A DNA stretch of 64,000 nucleotides, taken from contig NW_026262723.1 of assembly GCF_021869535.1 (NCBI RefSeq), forward strand, positions 88,722,001-88,786,000, written 5' to 3'. Of the stretch, positions 47,890 to 61,246 are shown piece by piece (within the stretch, counting starts at the first letter, position 1; every line of letters begins with the position of its first letter). Under the pieces are notes generated by a model that saw only the letters and a list, made by a program, of their open reading frames with translations, did no database searches and was not told where the DNA came from. The position numbers and the translations under genes are program-made. Origin of the DNA: Mytilus californianus (lineage: Eukaryota).

Positions 47890-50800
47890 ATTTGGGTAAT
47901 TGTAGAAGCATCATCTTCTGGAAACCCAGTGAGTAGCAGGAAATTATGGTTGATGACTGTGAAGAGAACAGAGGCTACCTGGACAGGAGGCAGCCAAATA
48001 CTGGCACATGGGGCATTAGGCTTGGCAGACAGAAGTGCATCTCATGTGAAGGGGAACCCGCATTACACGCTATGGGCCGATATATACTAAGACACCTCCG
48101 AGGCTGTGCGAGAGCAAGGGATGATGAACAGCCTATAGAATATACTCAGGATACGAACAAAGTAATAAAAACGACAACGAATATGGGCAACAGATATACA
48201 TGTTTTTGTTGGAAAGTCTGCAAGAATAGTAGAGGTTTGAAGATCCATCAAAGTAGAATGAAATGTGTGCCATCCCATTCCGACAAGAAACACAAAGAGA
48301 GATCTGGTCAGACGGAGGAGGGGACCATCCAGGATGCAAAACAAAGTGATGATAACCTCAATATGACCCAGGTTGAGGATGAACACACAGAACAGCTTAC
48401 AGAGGTAGAACAACTTAAAGACGCAGGTGAGATAAATCTTGTAGAACCAACAGTCAGAAGAGAAGAGTTAGAGCCAAGAAAGAAAAGATCAAATGGCCAA
48501 CAAATTTGGAAAGCCTTCGATGAAGATCTCGAAAACATCATAAAAGCAACATTAGCAGGAAATCTAGATAGAAAGATTTTTCACAGTGTAGGAAAGAACC
48601 GATTTGGATTGATAACATCCGGGAAAAGAGGGAGAACACAGGTCAGAGAAACCGTAGACAGAGGAAGATTAAGGAAATGAGAGGATACCTGAGGAGATTC
48701 AAGAAGAGTTCAAGAGACGCTAATGAGGAGGAAAGGTTACCGCTGCAACCTTTAAGGAAAGAAACCAGGGGGAAATTGTAGACACTAACAAGAGCAGAGA
48801 GTCACAGAAGAGACAGATAGAAAAGACCAAAGGCAAGAGCACAATTCACAGAGAACCGTTTTCAGTATATGAAGAGATTATCTGGAGTAAGAGGATCTAG
48901 TAAATTGGAACACTCAAATTAAGAAGTAGAAGAGCATCATACAAAGACAATAGTGATGAAAGGAGAGAGGTACAGTTGGAAGAATGTGAGAAACTGGCAA
49001 CTCCAGATGAACAAAAAGAACAATTTGACGAGTCAGAACTGAAGTTCAGAGAAGTGCAGGACGTTAAAAAGAAAGTAAGATCAGCAACAGTACCAAAATG
49101 GTATTCCTTGTCGTGTATATAAGAACTGCCCCAAGCTGACCAGAAGATTGTGGAAGCCTTTGAGATTAGTTTGCAGAAGAAGAAAGATGATATATGCATT
49201 ATATAAAGCGGAAGGATGTTTCATACAAAGGAAGAGAACTCCAGGAAAGTAGATAGTTTAGAAATATCCCCATATTGAACATCGAGGGGAAGATCTTCAT
49301 GCCTGTTCAGCAATGAACATATAGATATGTTAGTTCAGAAAGGAGGCATGCCAGAAGTATCCGGATGTATTGAAAATACTAGTGTTTTAACACAGATCTT
49401 AAGAGCAAATGAAAAGAAAAGCGACACAGCAGTACTTTGATTAGATCTTGCTGATTTATACCTCACAAACTGGTAGATTTGGTATTTGTGAGGTTCCATG
49501 TTCCAACCACCATCAGATCAATGCTGCAAGAGTAATATGATCATATTGAGATGAGATTCAAGATCAAGATATTTCATCACATTATGGCAGAGACTAGAAG
49601 TAGAATTGACGAGATGTACAGTGTCAGTAGTATTGTTTGCAGCAGCCATGAAATCAGTGAAAAAAAACCAACAGAGGACCATTATTGTCGTCAGGTATAA
49701 GGCAACCACCAATGAGAGCATTTATGGATGACATGACTGTGACATCAAAAAGTAAAATAACAAAAATACCGAACTCCAAGGAAAATTCAAAACGGAAAGT
49801 CCTTTATCAAATGGCAAAATCAAAGGTTCAAACACATCAACCGAATGGATAACAACTGTCATATTCCTGACTTGGTACAGGCATTTCCTTACGTAGATAA
49901 TGGTGGATTAAACCTAGTTTTATGACAGTCGCATATTGTAACCCAGTAAATCTAAAAGTTTGGTTGTGAGAAAATGCAAAGTTAAAGATGACACTTTTGA
50001 GTTAGCAGGGAAAAAGATCAACGGTTGGGGATGAACCAGTGAAATCTTGGGGGTGGGGGGGGGGGGGGGGGGGGGGAGAGTTTGATTCTACGCTAGTAGA
50101 CAGTGGAAACGCTAAGGAAATACAATGGTTGGTAGATTTGCTGTCGAAGACAGACAAAAGTGGCCTGCCAGGAAGATACAAGGCTTGAATATATTAACAA
50201 GGTTTCTTGCCAAGAATATTATGGCCGTTATTGGTTTATGAATTTCCCGTGTCCAAAGTCGAAGTTTTAGAAAGGAAGATCAGTGCGTGCGTCAGACCAT
50301 TGCTTGACGTACCAAGGAGTTTCAGCAGCGTTGGCTTGTATGGTAAGGGGACTTAGCTGCAATTACCGCTCAGGGTGTTGACAAAAGAGTCACAAAAACA
50401 CGGCATGTCATGATATCGTGGGAAAACAAAGATGCTAAAGTTAAAGATCAGGACAGGAAGTAAGTGGAAAGCAGAGGAAACCATGAAAGAAACAGAGACA
50501 AGCAAGAGACAGTGTCATTGTTGGTGTTTCAGCAGTGGGCTGACAAGGATTTGGTATGTCAACAAAATCAAGATGGGATACAGCAGATAAGAAGGGAAAG
50601 AGATATCTGATACAGTAGGAAGTTCGTATGACAGAAGAAGAAAAGAGGAATATAAGGCACTATGCATGAAGCAGCAAGGTAGTTGGTTAAATTAGCAAGG
50701 TGCTAGAAGCAGGGCTTTGAACTGGAATGAGGTTTGGAGTATAAAGGAATACCGCTTGAGCTTCCTACTAAGATCAGTGTATGATGTACCACAAAGTCAT

Positions 50801-51482
50801 TCAAACCACTTAACGTGGGGCTCGGTTAAAGATCAAACGTGTACATTATGCAAAGATAATCCAGCAACTCTACAACATGTGTTGTGATCATGTCCAGTGG
50901 TACTGAAAGATGGTAGGTACACAGGGAGACATGATAGTGTACTGAAAACAGTCGCATCGAGGTTGGATATCATCAAGAGGAAAAAGAGAAAGGTCAAGAA
51001 GAACATCCCTTTTGTAAACTTTGTGAAGGCCCGAGAGAGCAAAGACAGCACACCAGAAGGCCTTGTGATCCTTGCAACAGCAACGGATTGGCAGAAGACT
51101 GCAGACGTTCAGCAACGCATGCGCTTCCTAGTCGAAATAGCAGCAACATCACTTAAACAAGATATTGTGCTCTGGTCACAAGTAACAAAGTAACAAAACA
51201 GTTCATTGGGTAGAAAGGATGGATGATACGTACGAAAGGAAGATGTCAAAATACCAGCAGCTTGTGGAGGATTGCCAGCAGCTGGAACGGACGACGTGGT
51301 GCTTGGCTATTAAAGTAGGTTGCACGGGTTTTGCAAGGCAGGCAGTATGGCAAGCTCTATTGACCTTAGGAGTGGTAGGAGCAGAGAGGAAGAAGCTTAT
51401 TTCAGAAGTGTATAGACAAGCAGACGTGTCATCACAGTGAATATGGATGAAAAGGGATGAGATCTGGAAAAGTGGCAATTAA
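47890..51482 (+). mobile_element. Decayed HERO/R2-group non-LTR retrotransposon (C2H2 finger, RT, CCHC, restriction-like endonuclease)
   Basis: CFCWKVCKNSRGLKIHQSRMKC (ORF 47946); RT pieces AVL*LDLA..IPHKLV, CTVSVVLFAAAM, QPPMRAFMDDMTVT; DKSGLPGRYKA..LPRILWPLLVYE; CTLC...ATLQHVL.SCPV.LKDGRYT.RHDSVL; LKQDIVLWS..YERKMSKY..L...C....KVGCTGF. Many stops and frameshifts; 5' boundary approximate. Confidence 0.88.
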
Positions 51483-53880
51483 GAGATATTCAAATGATTA
51501 ATATTTATAATATTAAGGATTTTGGTTTATATAATAGACATAAGATGATATAGAGACTTTTCCAACAGCTCTGATAAAAACACCATTCAGTGACAGTACA
51601 GCAGTTATATCAGCTGACACATCGAGAGAAATGTAAGCCATCCAGTTTAAGGATTAGACTCATCAGTTGAACCAGTATGTTAGTAACATAAAATCTTGCC
51701 CAGTCTATTGAGTTGACGTATCTCAGAAACAGACAGTTTTGCCCAGACCATGAAGGTTACGTTTCTCATTATCAGTTGTGAAATAGGATAGAGCCTGCCT
51801 TCAATGAGACAATTTTACAAACAGATGTATTTTCTCAATCCGAAAACAACTCCATTAAGGTTAGGAGAAAGAGAAGATTAAATTATCACTTCACAAATAT
51901 CAGTAAAAGCAGACATGGATATATATATGTCGATTGGGTAGCGACCAAACACATAACAAAATTACAAGTCATTTAGAGATCAACATATAGTCTTCAACAA
52001 AAGAGGAGTGTCTTAAATTCTTAATACATCTATTCGCGTCTAGAAAAAAGAAAACGCCAAATTTCTTAAATGACAAAAATCTTCAGTGTGACTAAAGACA
52101 ACCATTGAAAACACTTTTGACCTAGGACAGGGACAATAACATGACGCGGGGTTAAGCTAATTCAATCATCCCCCATTTAAACTCCACAAGTGGAATATAA
52201 AAAGGTACAAGAAGAACGAACAAAAAATATCAATCAATCGTGTGAATAGAAAATTAATGTTAAAAGCAAGGTTGGACGATTGCAAATCCAAAATTGAAAA
52301 GAATTATTATAGTATGTACATTAAGCGCAGAGGTATATTCCACTGTACAGCCGCACAACACAAGAGATATGCTCCGTAATAAATGCGAATAAAATAAGTT
52401 ATCGAGTGTAGACAGTATATGTGAGACGGCAGTTCAACAACAAACAGAAAAAGAGAAAATCTTCTAGATTTATCAAACTGTCTTCAACAAAACACACTAA
52501 TAACAAGCTAATTCTGTCACAGAAACAGTGTGCCTACTTTTTAAACATGGCATTATTACCGATTGTGTCATGCACCTTGCTTTGAAATATGCTGTTGTCG
52601 ACTGAATGTGACACTGGAATCATGTGACGGGTTATGTATTCATAATCCTGAACCTCGTCAGTGGTTGTGTTTTATTATAACAAATGTTTTTTTCCCTTTT
52701 AATGAGGTTGTTATTGATAGTGAACTCTAGATGTTTTTTCGTGTCGCTGGTTTACTGTCTCTTTGACGTTCTTCCAAGAACACCTTTTTTTACTAAATGT
52801 TTGGAATGCATAAGTATATGAATATAAGACGTATCTGTAAAATCTAAAGAAACTGAGTTTAATGAATGTACAACAACGTGAAATTAAATTAACTTTAACG
52901 TAACAGCTAACACACTGGAAAGCATATTTAGTTCACAACAAACATTTCTGTATATACAAATAGTGATCATTTCGTCCATTGTTTTACACTGATCTCTTTC
53001 ACTATGAAACCGCAATCAAGTGTAACTGTCGGTACTAGTAGTCACAATCCAACTTTAAGAAGAAAATGATGGATGGTATCAGTCTGTCGTGGATTCAGAG
53101 ACATGGAACAGGTGTGATGTGGGTTTTTGTATATACAAAGGGAATACATGTCTATGCAGTAACTCTAACACATCCCTTACATATACGTTAATGTAAGTAT
53201 TATATAATAAAGGAGATGAAATGGAATGAGCAAAGAGTAATTGATACCAGTTACACAAATCCTCAAACTAACATAATATCTGTAATTTTAAGATCATCAT
53301 GATACCCAATATTTAACAAATACAATAACATATGGAGGGAGAATCAAATGCATGTGCATTCCATAAATGTAGTGTACGAATGCCAGGTTTAAATTATAGA
53401 ACGAATGTATATTATACATACTTAATTATTCTTCATACAAAGTTAAACGATTTAAATGGCCATAAATGTTTGATAAGAATCGATATGAAATACATTTGAT
53501 ACAACAATTTGCTTATTCTTTCTTTCTAAATCATTGATAGATAAATTTAATACTTTTTTCATATTCAATGAAATTCAAATTAATCAGTCTGTGTTTCGGC
53601 TTGTTCAAGTGAAGGGCCATAAAGTGTTTTATCCATTTCGGTTACTAAGCCCCATAGGTCGCGTGGTTCGACTTGATTTGGTTTACATTGTATTATTTAT
53701 AATGTGTATATTAGGTTAATTATACGTGTTGAACAAACAATAAATTATTAATCCGACCAGACTGTAAAGACTTAACGACGGATTGGCATGTAAAGCAGTT
53801 AGTTGCCTTGTGGGACTGTCGGATTTTCTTTCCACTATTAACCTGCTGCTCAACGGAAAGACAAAAAGAAAAGAGACAAA

Positions 53881-56800
53881 ATGGCAAATGCAAGACTGAA
53901 TGACTCATCTGATGCTTCGAGCAGCGTGAACGTCCCTGCTGTTAGTGTGAAAAGGTCTGCCCCGCATCCAGAGGAATGGACATTACCTCACGAGCACAGT
54001 ATGGAGAAAAGAGAAAAGTTTGAGGTTAGTCTTTCACCAGGAATAGAAACATTTCTCAAATATCAATAATCATTTATAAAATGCCCAGATTTTCTAATAT
54101 TGCATTTCAAGACAATTTTTTAAAGGATTTATTTTGCGACTTTTCTCAATGAATCGACTTTCGGTTGGTTACACCTCCTTCTATCCCTCCCCTAATAACT
54201 ATTTACCGTTTGCTGTAACAAGGAAGTATTATAGCTAGACACATACTTGCATTGCATGTTTTAAAATTTTGTCTAGTATATATAGCTTGGGAATTGGTCT
54301 GCCCCTACCCCTAAAAATACCCAGAAAAAATGAAAGAGGGGGAATAGCTCAATTCAATCCAATATTCTATTTACATCTCATCTTATGCAAACAAATATAC
54401 TACAGTGGCGTAGCACCAGTGTAGCATTGTAAGCATGTGCTTACAAATAATATTATAAAACTTTTTTTTTCAATAAGAATTTTACTATTATCGTTCAGCT
54501 TCTGGAGCTGCCGCCTCCAAGACCCCCTGCTTACAATCTATTTTCCAGTGGCTATATATGCCACTGTACTATACAATCATAAAAGATAGATGGTTTTATA
54601 CATAAGGAAAGCCAAACTCTTCAGATTTATGAGAGACGATAACAATGAATATATACATTAAGAATTAAACATATATTATAAAAATATACAGGAAATAATT
54701 GTGATATTGTGATATTATTTAAAACAATATCAAATTTTTCGGCGTCTTTTGAGAAAAAAAATTACAAGATTTTTTTTTTTTTTGTAAACGCAAAAAATCC
54801 AAAAGTATAGGTAGGAGGCCAATGAAATTTTGCACAGTTGTTGTGAATAATATGTAGATGTGCATATTATATTTTGGTGAAATATTCGGGCCATCAATTT
54901 TGGAAAAATGTTTGTTTTTGTTAAAAATATCACAAAATTTATGAAAATTGACAACCTATGAAAATATACTTTTCATGCATCAGCCTCTTTGTCTCGCATA
55001 AAAATGTGCAAGCGCGGCCCTTGTTGACAAGTCAGTTCTTTCAATAATTGGGAGTACTATTATATCAATACGTTGTTTTCTTTTTTTCCTTATATTCCTA
55101 ATAGTTGTTTTTTTGTTGTTTTCTGATGAGTCCAACAATTGTAAAATAAAACAATGTCCCCCATAAAAAAATGTCGGCTGGATAAAATTCCATAGAAAAC
55201 AATGTCCGAAGGCAATATTTTGTAATACTGTCCATTCAATATGATATAGTGTTCTTCTTTATGAAATTTTGTTAAGTTCTTCGAAACAATTTTCACTGTG
55301 AAATACTGTCCCTAACAATATTCACTGTGAATATCTGTCCACGACAATATTTCACGGCAAAATGCTGTCCATTATATTATCTCCTAATCATAGTATGTCT
55401 TCCCTGAGGAATCGTACTCCATGAAATTGTGAGAGTGTTTCTGAAAGCTTTGGAACATTGTGTTGGAGCATGAAGCATGCACAATTTCATTTATTTATAA
55501 TTGAAAATATTTTGGAAGGCAAATATCTTGTATAACAAACAAACATACAATATTTTAATATATTATTAATTCGTATATTTTAACTAATTTGATTCGTTCA
55601 TGGTTAGTCACATGTTAAACTATATTTTCGAAGGTAGAGAGAAAACGTCGGATAGCAAAAAGCATATTGCACGGTTATTTTTAGAATATCTAAAAACCGA
55701 TATACTTTGTGACGTCATGTAATGAATTTCATGATATTGTTAAAAGTTTTATAAAAAAATATCTATTATCGATTATTTGAAGAAAAAAAATCTTCAAATA
55801 CATAACATGTAAAAAAAAACATCAAAAAAGTAAATGAAATAACAACTAATCTGTTGTTATTGTCTAGGAGACAATATGATATCTATAGAATTACAACAAA
55901 ATCAAATGACGATTTTGATACAAATATGGTCGGAAATTAATAATATAACAATTATAGCCTATTTATGAGGTCAATACAGGATATATCGACCCAAAGAAGT
56001 ATATCGACCTCGGACTTCGTCCTCAGTCAATATACTTCTTTCAGGTCAATATATCCTTGTATCGACCTCCTACAAAGGCTATAATTGTATAATATACCAC
56101 CTTTGATAAGATAAGTGTTTAGTATGACGATAAATTTTCTCTTTTGTTCTCGTACTAGGAACAACAAAATTATTTATTTTGTAAAAAATATTTCCGTACT
56201 CCATGTATACCTTACAACAATTTTTTTTTTATTTACCTGTGTACGTTATTTTATTTGGCGGCATTTTGTCCAAGTTTATGGTTGTCTTTCTGATATTGTT
56301 TTACATCTAACCCCCTTGTTTTATTAATTTTGTATTTACATTTTACATTGTGTCATAGATCAAATTTATTCGTTCAGTGTATGTTCACTTGTTTTTGTTA
56401 ATGTCTTATGATTGAGTTAAGCCATTTCAATTGATATTTTATAGTGTGTCTTTCTTTGTTGTGATGTTACACTATTATTTCAGGTAGGGTGAAGGTTGGC
56501 GCTTATTAAAACGTTTAAACCCGTTGCATTTGTTTGCACCTGTCCTAAGTCATGAACCTAATGCTCAGTGGTTGTCGTTTGTTGATGTGGTTCATAAGTG
56601 TTTCTCGTTTCTCGTTTTGTATATAGATTGGACCGTTGGTTTTCCTGTTTGAATGGTTTTACACTAGTCATTTTTGGGGCCCATTATAGCTTGCTGTTCG
56701 ATATGAGCCAAGGCTCCGTGTTGAAGGCCGTACTTTGACCTATAATGGTTTTTTACAAATTGTGACTTGGATGGAGAGTTGTCTCACTGGCACTCATGCC

Positions 56801-59800
56801 ACATTTTCTTACATCTATATACAATGTATATTTTATCATAAGCTAATTTCTACTTTGGATTTATAAATTATTAAAGTTAAACGAGTTAATTGTACCATAT
56901 TACATTGTTTAAATATAAAAATAAAAGTACTGATTGAATGTTGGTTGGTTGCTTAACGTCCAGCGGCAATTATTTCATGCATTTTCAGGACGAGAACAAA
57001 TTAACAATGAAAACAAAATGTAATAGAGGCCGTCCGGATGAAGGTCGGGGAAATTTAGACTGCCACTGGAAAATGATGGTATATTGGATATACACAGAAA
57101 TTTTGCCTTGCAACAGGCCACCTACGGACCCCTCAAAGAGTTGTTGCAAGGGTTCTTAACGTATACAGAGATCGTGGCACTCTCCCTACACGAGTCCAAA
57201 TTATGACAGGACGTGGCTGCGTACTTTTACATCCCGCTCAACCAAACGGACGCCCAACATTGGCAAGGGTTTTACTGCAGTAAGAAGAAGACCAAGAGTT
57301 ACCATTCTTCTATTTCCCTGTCACCATTTTAATGTTATCATTGTCCAATATATTAATTGTTATAATCTCTCTTTCATAAGACAAACCATTCATGAAGGAA
57401 TATTGTCTCAATATTTACAAAATCTAACTTTGGATAACCCCTCTTTAACGAGACAAAATTACATAAGGCAAAATTGTATGAAATGTTGTCCTTCTCTGGA
57501 CACTTTTTAAAGATTGGGAAAAAATATCATGATACATAATCATGAAATGATGCCTTGTCTTGGGGGACAATGTTTCATAGGACAATAGTTTGTTTTATAC
57601 AATTTCAAACTGATTTTTACAGTTTGTTCTTATGTTGTTTTGTTACACCACTGTCACAGGCACTTGTCTCTGAAAAAAACCCATAAATACCCTTATAAGT
57701 GCCCGTGACTATTGTCCCTGGTCAGGGGAAGTGCTGAGCGCTTTGAAACATGTTTAACCCCGCCAGTCTGTATGTGCCTGTCACAATTAAGGAGCACGTA
57801 TTTCAGTGGTTGTCGTTATTTGCTGTCTGTTATATCTGTTTTATTTTGTGTTTATTATTTTGTCATAAATCAGGCCGTTAGTTTTCTTGTTTGAATTGTT
57901 TCACATGTTGTCATGAATCATGCCGTTAGTTTTTTTTAATTGAATTGGTTCCAAGATGTTGTCATGTTGGGGCCTTAACCAGCTGACTTTACGGTATTGG
58001 TTTTGTTCATTGTTTCTTTTTTAAATCCAAACCATCTTAGTTTACTGTTTTAATATGTTTGATATCGTGCTAGTATAAAAATAAGAAGATTTGATATGAT
58101 TGCCGGTGAGACAACTCTCCACCAGAGACCAAACGACGTAGAAGGTTAGCAACTGTGGGTCACCGTACGGCTTTCAACGATGCGCAAAAGCCATACAAGG
58201 CCCCAAAATGACAAATGTAAAACAATTCAAACAAGAAAACCAGCGGCCTGATTTATATACAAAACAATAAACAACGAGAAGCAAATATGACATACAGCAA
58301 CAAACGACAACCACTGAATTACAGATTCAGTGACTTGGGACAGGCACATACAGAATGTGTCAGGTTAAACATGTTTGCGTGCGCACCAACCCTCCCTTAA
58401 CCTGGTACAGTGGTGTAACAGCACAGCATAAGAACAAACTATAAAGATCAGTTGAAAAGGGCTTCAGATCGATAAAAAACACAAGTGTTTGATTGTGCAT
58501 GGAATCGCATTTTAAAGTGAATTAATTTTAATTCTTAACGGTTATGCAATATCTTATTTTATTATATAAATGGAAAATATAATCCAGTTTTGACATATAT
58601 GTATAAAGGTAAAATCAATAAAGACAAATGGGTTTAAAATGCAGGATATTGCTTAAAACTTTTTCATTGATTTATCTCAAAGCATTTTGTGCTTCTTCAC
58701 AAGTTATCAGTTAGGGTAACATGGATAGATGTAGAAATCATTTGTTGTTTTGAACAATATATTATGGTTAAAGAATTTTATACAAGTCCATGTCTATGTA
58801 TAGAAACTTGACAAAAGTTTTATATCGATTTGCATGATTGGCTCTCGGCAAAACCTACCGATATATTAATGTCAATAAAATATTAATAAATTGACAGAGA
58901 CTTTAAATGCAATTGTTAAGTTATTGATATTGGTGTTTTGTATGGTTCAAAGAACTCTTGTTTATTGCTTTGTTCTGGGACATAATATTCTCAGCTTTGT
59001 TTTAGCTAGGTATGATAATGAAGGCGGTGTATACTGTTACAATTTTTATCCTTATATATTACAAAACCAGTACATGTGATATATTCCAAATCAGAGATAC
59101 CGAAATGTAATACAATAATAACACAGAACATGTTATTTTTTGATCGAGTTATGATGTTTTAGTGGTATAAAGCAATTTCAACATCATGATTAAGTTAGTT
59201 TTGATATGAATAAAAGGTGATATTCTGGAATGCGATAATAAATCAGCAGCTCAAAAGGGGGTTATCATAAGGTCTTAAACGATAGTCCCAATGCCTATAT
59301 CATACATCAACCCCCGAATCTAGACGATAGTACCAATGCCTATATCCTACATCAATCCCCGAATCTAAACGATAGTACCAATGCCTATATCATACATCAA
59401 TCACCGAATCGAGACAAATTGTAGGTAAATTTAACTGAAGATCTGCCATCAATAACGAATTCTTTAAAGGACATAAACATAAATATACATTTGTATAACT
59501 TAAGAGAAATGCTGACGACTTTTATGACTTCGATCGGACACATTAAGATGTGGTGGGGATACACATTTTTTTTTAAATGTTGAACTATGGGATAACAAAA
59601 AGAACACAGGTGAAGGCGCCAAAAAAAAAAGAAAGAAGGGCTAGAAAAAAACCCACTTAATTCTTTAATATCGGTATTACAGATTTTAAAACAGCAGGTG
59701 TAAGTAATACACACTAATTACAGATACTGAAAGGAAGTTCAAAGTACTTGATTTGCTGATAAACAACATCGCCTTCTAAAACAATAATATCAGATGCTTA

Positions 59801-61246
59801 ATTTTCAAATATATTTAGTGTGGATTTATTATAACAACTTTTAGATGACACGAACAGAGCTAAAACAAGAGCTGTACAATGCCAAAATAAATTTGCATGA
59901 CAAATTTCAATGCATAAACAGGAATATGTGTCCATAGGATACCATGCCCCGCTCACACTATCACATTTCCTCTTTTTTATGTCCAGTAAATCAATCTAGT
60001 TCAAAACCCTATTTACAGCGACCTATTGTTGCTTACATCCATGTCATTTGGAAAACGTGGATTCTTGTCTCATTGGCAATCATACCACATCCATTTCCTG
60101 GTTTTATATATGTGTTCTAACTTTCAATTTGATAGACCATAATTTCTCGATAAACTACTTTAAACAAAAACTTTAACTTTATTCGGGACGGACTAACGGA
60201 CGGATGAACAGAAATACCGAAAATGCATGTCACCTGCTAAAGTATAAAAAAAGACATTGGAGCAAGATGTGAAGCTTCTGCAAAAATGAGATCATATATG
60301 ACATATATATGCTATCACTCAAAACACTCGTCCTATTTATACAACGTTGCAAAAACACATGTCGCATATATAGACAAGAGAGAAGAATGAAGTTTTAAAT
60401 TTCCTTTATTTTGTAGAACTGGAGAATGGACCTACAAACCCAAATAGCTGGTGTGGCGATCAATTTGGTAAGTTTGATAATCAAAATCTAGAAAATGATA
60501 AATATATTAAAAACTTAATCAACTGAGAATGCTGGAATTGGTCAACTACATATATAAATACAGCCAAACGAAGACGATATTGTATGGAATATCAGTACTT
60601 ATAACGATGGCTGTGCATACGCATATGACGGTACTACCACGGGGAGACAAACAAGTTAAATGGCCCAACTTTCAAGAAATAATGTAATTTATTTTGCCTG
60701 TCTTTTCTTGTTTAAAATGTTTTTGGGCTATCTCACGTACAACATTTACTTTTCTAAAATAAATATAGATGTTACATACTAGTAAATACAATTTCTTATG
60801 GTCATGAACAATTTGGCTATTTTTGGTCTCTAGATGTGTTTATGGGTATGGACGTTACCCCACATAATATTGTTCATGATTTATGTGCGACAATGCAAAC
60901 TTTTCTATGTAATATAAAAACCGGTATTATAAAAATAACATTACTAAATAACAGATGTCGACAATAAATCTTTTGTGTTCGTGCTATTACTATTCTGTCG
61001 AGCAATTTCATCTTCCCCAGTGGCATGGTTAAATAATGTTATATTGTTTACGTTTTTTTTTTATTTCAGTCTAAATCTTTACGAGAATACCCGAATGAAG
61101 ATGCCGGAGATGACTTTGATTATTCCGATGAAATAATACGTGCCAAATATGCAAAGGACGCCAGAATGTATGCACGCCAGATGGGTGAAACATTGAATCT
61201 AGGACTAGCTAGAGTACCTGTTATGGCAAATAAGGACAAATACTGA
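53881..61246 (+). CDS. Uncharacterised 123-aa protein, 3 exons (53881-54024, 60417-60467, 61070-61246)
   Basis: CAAAATGG start with an in-frame upstream TAA; donors GAG|GTTAGT and TTG|GTAAGT; acceptors TTTATTTTGTAG and TTTTTATTTCAG; all phase 0; exon 3 open to TGA at 61244-61246. Extra exons in the 6.4-kb intron cannot be excluded. Confidence 0.7.
54403..54566. mobile_element. MITE with CAGTGGC..GCCACTG termini and 5-bp TSD TACTA
   Basis: TACTA at 54398-54402 and 54567-54571. Confidence 0.7.
55559..56092. mobile_element. Long-hairpin element H5
   Basis: Arms 55944-56092, loop CCTCGGACTTCGTCCTCAG; possible module IR TATATTATTAATTCG (55559) / GGAAATTAATAATATA (55932). Confidence 0.55.
56420..56820 (-). 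repeat. Abundant interspersed repeat family (ends GATGGAGAGTTGTCTC); related copies at about 57600-58030, 58075-58470 and 61720-61930
   Basis: Shared blocks AACAAACGACAACCACTGAA, GGGACAGG, GAGACAACTCTCCA in both orientations. Confidence 0.65.
56932..57335 (-). mobile_element. Deu/Nin-domain SINE, 5'-truncated
   Basis: Reverse complement contains GGATGTAAAA..GTTAAGAACCCTTGCAACAACTCTTTGAGGGGTCCGTAGGTGGCCTGTTGCAAGG and the shared SINE tail. Confidence 0.65.
59276..59410. repeat. 45-bp tandem repeat x3
   Basis: AAACGATAGTACCAATGCCTATATCATACATCAATCCCCGAATCT repeated with few changes. Confidence 0.85.

Noticed and set aside
59678-59705. Micro-exon candidate in the orphan gene intron (TTACAG|...|GTAAGT)
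   Set aside because: 17 nt would shift the frame; the 15-nt alternative has a weak donor.
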